From: an uncultured Acidobacteriota bacterium
Lineage (GTDB): Bacteria; Acidobacteriota; Terriglobia; Acidiferrales; UBA7541
Direction of reading: 5' to 3'
Assembly: GCA_963748395.1 (NCBI GenBank)
Contig: CAVVIP010000002.1
Coordinates: 97,267 to 161,266 of the forward strand
DNA: 64,000 bases
Numbering within the stretch: position 1 is the stretch's first letter; every line of letters begins with the position of its first letter. The position numbers and the translations under genes are program-made. Under the pieces are notes generated by a model, which worked only from the letters and a program-made list of their open reading frames with translations, made no database searches and had not been told where the DNA came from. Positions 58,449-64,000 of this stretch are shown piece by piece.

Positions 58449-60167
58449 CTACTGCGGCGTTTTCTTTTTCCCCAACAGTCCGCCCACCAGGCCTGTCGCC
58501 GCGCTCGTGGTACTTCCCTTGGCTCCCGGCACCACGCCGCCCTTGATCGCACTGGTGGCCATGCCGCCAACGTCAGGGATCACCTGTGGATTCGATGTCG
58601 TGCCCTGGATCATGAACGGAATTCCGTTACCGGAGCCTTTTCCACCTCCCCCTCCTCCGGTGAATGTAGAAAGGGCGCCCGTAACTCCGCCGCCAGCCGC
58701 GCCTGCCACGCTCGTCAGCGCGCCCGCAGCACCTGCCAGATTCGCGACCATCTTGAAATTCAGCTGCCCGGCGGCGCTCACCGTTCCATTTCCTGTTACC
58801 GTTCCCAGCGACGGCATCGCCAGATTCAAATTGTCAATTTTCGTTCCCGACGGATCGTTCCGCACGTTGGCGCTCAGAGTTTGAATATCCGTATCCGATC
58901 CGCCGCCGCCACCCAGTCCAGAAAACGACCCCAGCGCGCCCAGCTTTGATTTCAAGCTGAATCCCGCCAGCTTTGCGTTGGACAAATTCACGGGCCCAGC
59001 AATCGTCAGCTTATCCACCGGCCCGCTGATCGATAGATTCGCCGTAAGCGACCCGCCTTCCAGCTTCGATCCGGACGGCACTACCACTCCCACCGCCGGA
59101 AGGAAGCCTTCCAGATCGCTCACCGGCATGGCCTGCGCGTTCAGCTTCATGTCCACCTTGGTCGGCTCGCCCGCGGTGTTGTACGCGCCGTTCAACCGTG
59201 CCAGCGCCTTGCCGATGTGTATGTCTCCCTGGTTCAGATTTCCGGATTGGGTTTTCAGCGCGTATACGGTGGCGTAATCAACGCTCAACGGAACCGAAGA
59301 GGGCGCGCCCGTCGCTGATAGTTTCAGTTTGTTCGCCTTCACCGTGCCTTTGGAATTCATCTGTTTGCCGTCGGAACTCACATCGCCCTTGAAGTCCACC
59401 ACTCCCGCAACTCCGGACGACGCATCTACAAATCCGCTGTTGGCCAAATCCAGATGCTCGACTTCCACCGTGGCGTTCAGAGGCGTCAGCGATGCATCCG
59501 CTGCGTCCATCGGCCCCGCCTTGCCTTCCACTTTTATCGCGGCGTTTCCTGGGCCAGTGGCCGTGAGTTTGAAAGGAAATTGTGAACTCGAAGAAAGGTC
59601 CGACGCTTCCAGATCAACGTTCTGATAGACGCTCGGCTTGGCGCTGGATCCCGCTGAGCTCATGGTGATTTTTCCATTCTCGATGCTGATTTTCCCCACG
59701 CTCAGGCTCCCCGCTTCAGGGGCGCCGCCCGAGCTCGGCGCTGCGGCCTTCGCCGCGCCCTTGCTTCCGCTCGAGTTCCCGCCCAGGCTGGAATAATTCC
59801 AGGTTCCGTTCGCAGCGTGGATCAGATTCACTTCCGGATCCTTCACGGTGATGGACTGAACTTCAAGCTTCTTGGAAAAAATCAGCGGCAGCAGCGCCAC
59901 CCCCACGCTCAGAGACTTCGTCGTCAAAAACGGGGACTTGCTGAACGCCGGATCGTCCGCAATCGAAACATCGGAAACCGTAACTCCGCCCGAGAGGATC
60001 GAGAGGCTGATATCCCCGACCGCCACTTGACGTCCCAGCGCAGTAGTCATCTGCGTTTCCAGCGTCGGCTTGAATTGGTTGGCATTGATGAAAAGCGGCA
60101 GACAAAGAACGATCAAAAATAACGCTACGATGATGCCGCCGACGATCATGAGGGGTTTTTTCTTCAT
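58449..60167 (-). CDS. AsmA family protein
   Basis: MKKKPLMIVGGIIVALFLIVLCLPLFINANQFKP... is a typical AsmA N-terminus. ATG 60167 is preceded by GGAGG. The listed ORF extends to 60272. Confidence 0.85.
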   Translation of the reverse strand: MKKKPLMIVGGIIVALFLIVLCLPLFINANQFKPTLETQMTTALGRQVAVGDISLSILSGGVTVSDVSIADDPAFSKSPFLTTKSLSVGVALLPLIFSKKLEVQSITVKDPEVNLIHAANGTWNYSSLGGNSSGSKGAAKAAAPSSGGAPEAGSLSVGKISIENGKITMSSAGSSAKPSVYQNVDLEASDLSSSSQFPFKLTATGPGNAAIKVEGKAGPMDAADASLTPLNATVEVEHLDLANSGFVDASSGVAGVVDFKGDVSSDGKQMNSKGTVKANKLKLSATGAPSSVPLSVDYATVYALKTQSGNLNQGDIHIGKALARLNGAYNTAGEPTKVDMKLNAQAMPVSDLEGFLPAVGVVVPSGSKLEGGSLTANLSISGPVDKLTIAGPVNLSNAKLAGFSLKSKLGALGSFSGLGGGGGSDTDIQTLSANVRNDPSGTKIDNLNLAMPSLGTVTGNGTVSAAGQLNFKMVANLAGAAGALTSVAGAAGGGVTGALSTFTGGGGGGKGSGNGIPFMIQGTTSNPQVIPDVGGMATSAIKGGVVPGAKGSTTSAATGLVGGLLGKKKTPQ

Positions 60168-60555
60168 GGCGAGCCTCCAGAATGAGCTTCCTGCTACGAG
60201 ACCAGGTCGAGGGCTGGCCCGACGGCCCGTTCGAGGAGGCCCATCATACTCCCCGGCCGCCATATGCAACAATCACATGTTGATTCCAGTCGCCCGCACC
60301 ACTGGCGTAGCTCCCGTTAGCGCAAAATGCGAGCCCTCAACGCACGCATTTCCTGCGCCTGACGCCAAACCGCGCGCTACGAATTCGTTAGGGCTTCGGC
60401 CCAAACCGTGCTATGTTTGGTCTGCGTTTGTTGCTCTTGTAACACCTTTAGATTCGATTGAAGGGGCTGCAAGTTCACACTTGCGGCCCCTTTCGCTTTA
60501 CGGCTGGAGGCGGTCGAGAAGCAAACAAATAGCTTAAAAAGAAGGAAGTAAATCA

Positions 60556-60759
60556 GTGAGAGAACAAGGAACAGTAAAGTGGTTCAATGCCAGCAAGGGC
60601 TTCGGGTTCATCCAGCGCCAGTCCGGCGAGGACGTTTTCGTCCACTTTTCGGCCATTCAGGCGGAAGGTTATAAGTCGCTGAACGAAGGGCAAGCGGTTG
60701 AGTTCGAAGTTACCCGTGGACCGAAGGGTCTGCAGGCAGCGAACGTCACCAGCCTCTAG
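60556..60759 (+). CDS. cold-shock protein (CspA family)
   Basis: [15 protein letters not shown] (RNP1) and VFVHFSAI (RNP2). 67 aa, GTG start. Confidence 0.95.
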   Translation: MREQGTVKWFNASKGFGFIQRQSGEDVFVHFSAIQAEGYKSLNEGQAVEFEVTRGPKGLQAANVTSL

Positions 60760-60767
60760 TCGCATCA

Positions 60768-60803
60768 GGGCGAGCCGGCTTCCGCCGGTTCGCCCTTTTT
60801 TTT
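60768..60803 (+). terminator. rho-independent terminator of the csp gene
   Basis: GGGCGAGCCGGC-ttcc-GCCGGTTCGCCC (12-bp stem, one G-U) followed by TTTTTTTT. Confidence 0.9.
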
Positions 60804-60834
60804 CGTACTCGCATAATTTGTCCTAGGAGCCGCG

Positions 60835-61065
60835 TTGAAAGCACTTCCCGAAGGGCAGTACATCAAGCACTTCCAGTACGGCTTGGGCGTCATCACCGAA
60901 TCCGACAACGACCGCACATCGATTGATTTCGATCTGCATGGTATGAAGAAGTTCGTCACCAGCATCATGGTGGTCGAAATCGCCGAAGGCACGCCGCCGA
61001 AGCGCAAACGCGCCAAGCGCGTGAAGAAAGTCGCGGCCGTGGCCGTGGCTGCCGCCGGAAAATGA
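60835..61065 (+). CDS. hypothetical small protein, Tudor/SH3-like N-terminal half and Lys/Arg-rich tail
   Basis: TTG start 5 nt after AGGAG. GQYIKHFQYGLGVITES...IDFDLHGMKKF resembles the G.V.H..FG.G.V...F...G.K pattern of PcrA/UvrD-type Tudor domains. Tail PPKRKRAKRVKK. Confidence 0.55.
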   Translation: MKALPEGQYIKHFQYGLGVITESDNDRTSIDFDLHGMKKFVTSIMVVEIAEGTPPKRKRAKRVKKVAAVAVAAAGK

Positions 61066-61397
61066 GCAACAACAACGTCATCGTGCAGTTTGTCGGATTT
61101 GAAGCGAAAGAAAAGGGCCGCGAATATACTTTCACCGTTCGCGAGTCCGCCACTGAACCGCGCGAATTCACTCTCACCATTGCCAACGAAGCCTTCGACA
61201 CGCGCCGCGTCCGTTTTCAGGATGCGCCGGACATTTGCTCGCACCGCCTGCGCCTGGAACTTGCCGCCACGGAAAATCATCCGGTTAAGACCCACTTCAA
61301 TTTGACCGACGCGGAACTCGAAGCCTACCGCACCTCGCACATGCAGAAACCCCCGAAGTATCCCTACGCACCAAAGAAAGACGACCAAGAAGCTTAG
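61062..61397 (+). CDS. hypothetical protein
   Basis: 111 aa. The ATG overlaps the upstream stop (ATGA), which implies translational coupling. No recognisable motif. Confidence 0.55.
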   Translation: MSNNNVIVQFVGFEAKEKGREYTFTVRESATEPREFTLTIANEAFDTRRVRFQDAPDICSHRLRLELAATENHPVKTHFNLTDAELEAYRTSHMQKPPKYPYAPKKDDQEA

Positions 61398-61522
61398 TTT
61401 TCCCGGACATCCATCTCAAGCAGTTGTAGCGGCGCACTTCAGTGCGCCAGCGGTATTGCGCTGCGGATCGATCGTGTTCTGGGCACCGCCACTACAGCCA
61501 CCTAGCTACAATTTTGTCGCAA

Positions 61523-62080
61523 CTACGCAGCCTTCGTCACCACGCGCCGCGCCGCCAGCGAAATCATCAATCGCGTCACTCCACTGAAAAAAATGCTGAT
61601 GCCCACCAGCGTGCCCACCACCCATTCCGTGCTCGAAGGCCACGTCGCCCAAATCATCCCGCCCAGAATCAGCGTCACAATCCCATCCATCAGGAACCAC
61701 CCGGACCCCGCCGCCGGACGGTGCTGGAAATACAGCACGATCTCGAAAACTCCCTCAATCAATAAATAAAACGCCAGAGCCAGCGTCAGCGTGGCCAGTC
61801 CGCGCGCTGGATGGTCCAGCAGGTAAATCGCCACGCACAAATACAGAATCCCCAGCAGCACCTTCAGCAGCACGCTTCCCGTGCGCCGAGTGAACCACGC
61901 AAAAACGAAATGGGCCACCGCCGCGAAAACCAGCATCCAGGCCACGAAAATATTCACGGCCAGGCCAGCTTCTTTCGGCATGGCGATCGCCAGAATGCCG
62001 GCCACAATCATCACTACGCTGATGAAAATCGACCATCCCACTGCTTTTTTCGCAATATCCCCAATGTTGGGCTCGCTCAT
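61523..62080 (-). CDS. hdeD: HdeD/DUF308 family membrane protein
   Basis: 185 aa, 6 TM. GWSIFISVVMIVAGILAI...LLGILYLCVAIYLL...IEGVFEIV pattern typical of HdeD. Confidence 0.8.
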   Translation of the reverse strand: MSEPNIGDIAKKAVGWSIFISVVMIVAGILAIAMPKEAGLAVNIFVAWMLVFAAVAHFVFAWFTRRTGSVLLKVLLGILYLCVAIYLLDHPARGLATLTLALAFYLLIEGVFEIVLYFQHRPAAGSGWFLMDGIVTLILGGMIWATWPSSTEWVVGTLVGISIFFSGVTRLMISLAARRVVTKAA

Positions 62081-62313
62081 CGCCGTCCTCCCGCGCGTTG
62101 TCGTTTCTCGCCGCGCCGCTGCCGATTCCTTATATCACTACTGGGGCAGGTTCGTGCACATTGCTCTTATCCGCCGAATCAACTCCGCCAGGCACTGCGA
62201 CCAGCAGCAAACATACAGCCTGATTTCGCCCGACGCATCGCTGCAGCCGACTCATCTCGTGATATGTTTGCAGCGATGCATCGCATATTTTCGCAACCAC
62301 TGAGGCGCCCTTC

Positions 62314-63882
62314 TTGACGCAGCACAACTACGCAAATCCTCCCTCACGCGACGACCACGAAATCCTGCCACTTCCGCCAAACCGCCCGCGAAGTAGTCCA
62401 TCAACAGGTCCGCGCGAGCCCGTGCTGCAGCAATTCGCCGTGTTCGTCCGCCGATACGCTCTGCGGATTCTGTTGATTTCCGCCGCAGTCCTCACGCCAT
62501 GCTTCTGGCAGCGCAACATCGCCGCGGGAGATCTCGGCAGCCACGCATACAACGCGTGGCTCGCGCACCTGGTCGAACGCGGTCAGGCACCGGGACTCTG
62601 GCTCGCGCACCGCTGGAACAATGTGCTCTTCGATCTTTCGCTCGACGCCCTCGGTCGCTTCATGTCCCTGCACGCCGCCGAACAAATCTCCGTGTCGCTC
62701 GCAGTTTTGATTTTCTTCTGGGGCGTGTTCGCGTTCGTTTGTGCCGCCACCCGCCGCGCCCCGTGGCTCCTCTGCCCCTGCCTTGCCATGTTCAGCTACG
62801 GCTATTCCTTCCAGATGGGCTTCCTGAATTTTTATATTTCCCTGGGCCTCGCGTTTTTCGGCATCGCAATTTTCTGGCGTGGGCAAGGCTGGGAGCGCCT
62901 GATCCCCGTCGCGCTGGCCCCCGTGATCATGCTCGCCCATCCACTCGGTTTCGCATGGCTGGTCGCCGGTTCCGCGTACGTCGCAATAGCCGATGCGCTT
63001 CCCCGCCGCTACCAGATTTTTCTGCTCGCCGCAGGCGTCATGGCTCTTTTTGCTGCGCATTATTATTTTTGGCACCACGATATCGTTCAGGCTAACGATC
63101 GCCCCTTCTTCGTTTTCAATGGCACCGACCAGCTGCTTCTGTTCAGCTCACGCTACGCGATTCCGGAATTCGCGCTGTTGATTTTTATTCTCGTTGCACT
63201 GGGCAGGGATTTTTTCAGCCGTCCCTGGGGAAAGTTTCGCTGGGACGAATTCGCGGTGCCGCTGCAACTCTACATTATCGTCTGCCTCGGCGTGATCATC
63301 CTGCCCGCGGGCATTCGTTTTCCACACCAGCCGTCGTCGCTAGCGCTCTTGACCGAGCGCATTACCTCTGTGTCAGCCGCGCTGCTCTGCTGCCTTCTCG
63401 GCGCCATGCAGACGCGCCGCTGGCACTTGCTCGCGTGTAGCGCGATCGCCGCAATCTTTTTTGCATTCCTCTATCAGGATATCGGAACCATCAATCGCAT
63501 GGAGGCGCAGGCCGCACAACTCGTCCGCACGGTCCCGACAAACTCGCGGATTTTCGCCACCATAAAGCCGCCCTTCCCCGGATCGCGCATCCTCATTCAA
63601 CACATCGCCGACCGCGCCTGCGTCGGCCACTGCTTCAGCTATGGCAATTACGAACCGGGCTCCGCGCAATTCCGCGTCCGCGCCACGCCTGGCAACCTCT
63701 ACGTCATGCCCGACTTCGATTCCACCATCGACATGGAAGACGGTGACTACGAAGTGCAGCCCGAGGAATTGCCCGCCTTTCAGCTCTATCAATGCAGCGC
63801 CGACGGAAAACAACTCTGCATCCGCCCGCTAGTCGCCGGCGAACTAAACGATCGCCTCGGCCTCCACCCCGACGAGGAATAA
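62314..63882 (+). CDS. hypothetical polytopic membrane protein
   Basis: 522-codon ORF with about 10 hydrophobic helices followed by a soluble C-terminal ~130 aa. The TTG start is uncertain (GTG 62422 is possible). No family recognised. Confidence 0.6.
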   Translation: MTQHNYANPPSRDDHEILPLPPNRPRSSPSTGPREPVLQQFAVFVRRYALRILLISAAVLTPCFWQRNIAAGDLGSHAYNAWLAHLVERGQAPGLWLAHRWNNVLFDLSLDALGRFMSLHAAEQISVSLAVLIFFWGVFAFVCAATRRAPWLLCPCLAMFSYGYSFQMGFLNFYISLGLAFFGIAIFWRGQGWERLIPVALAPVIMLAHPLGFAWLVAGSAYVAIADALPRRYQIFLLAAGVMALFAAHYYFWHHDIVQANDRPFFVFNGTDQLLLFSSRYAIPEFALLIFILVALGRDFFSRPWGKFRWDEFAVPLQLYIIVCLGVIILPAGIRFPHQPSSLALLTERITSVSAALLCCLLGAMQTRRWHLLACSAIAAIFFAFLYQDIGTINRMEAQAAQLVRTVPTNSRIFATIKPPFPGSRILIQHIADRACVGHCFSYGNYEPGSAQFRVRATPGNLYVMPDFDSTIDMEDGDYEVQPEELPAFQLYQCSADGKQLCIRPLVAGELNDRLGLHPDEE

Positions 63883-64000
63883 TCGCCGCATACTTCCGCG
63901 CGCCGGTTGGACAGCGGAATTTACATCCCGGCGACTGACAAGTTCTCGGTCACGCGACCCCGACCTCTCTCAAAAGGTCACCCAATCGGTTGTTGGATAT

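Overview
GC-rich, gene-dense chromosomal segment with about 50 protein genes on both strands. The gene content looks like Acidobacteriota: many secreted peptidases (M61, S9, M28, M1), PEGA/BNR/AsmA envelope proteins, GH2/GH31 glycosidases and a CHASE3-PAS kinase. That taxonomy is inference only. All family names come from motifs read by eye and remembered consensus patterns; no searches were run. Start codons were moved where an SD-preceded ATG/GTG gives a sensible N-terminus.

Supported non-coding features:
- one tRNA-Arg(UCU) at 38844..38920 (-)
- one fluoride (crcB-motif) riboswitch at 32199..32261 (+), in front of crcB and three DUF190/PII-like domains
- a clean intrinsic terminator after a cold-shock gene
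- one canonical sigma70-type promoter at a marR gene
- several perfect palindromes in divergent promoter regions

I saw no rRNA, CRISPR, transposase, integrase or phage genes. Housekeeping content includes cydAB, murJ, pcaHG, hemY, xylB, zwf-glk and yggX-acnA.

Most worth a second look:
1. A radical-SAM/twitch enzyme lies just downstream of a single-polypeptide acyl-AMP ligase / carrier protein / AGPAT acyltransferase (19295..23370). It is a candidate lipid-tail remodelling module; a peptide-maturase reading is the alternative.
2. A two-gene ABC system has a 13-helix permease covalently fused to an M1 zinc metallopeptidase predicted to face outward (34246..38787).
3. The riboswitch-crcB locus carries three DUF190 domains split 2+1.
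4. A 384-nt PAS-domain unit is amplified four times in tandem inside a sensor kinase, with 200-nt stretches of exact identity.
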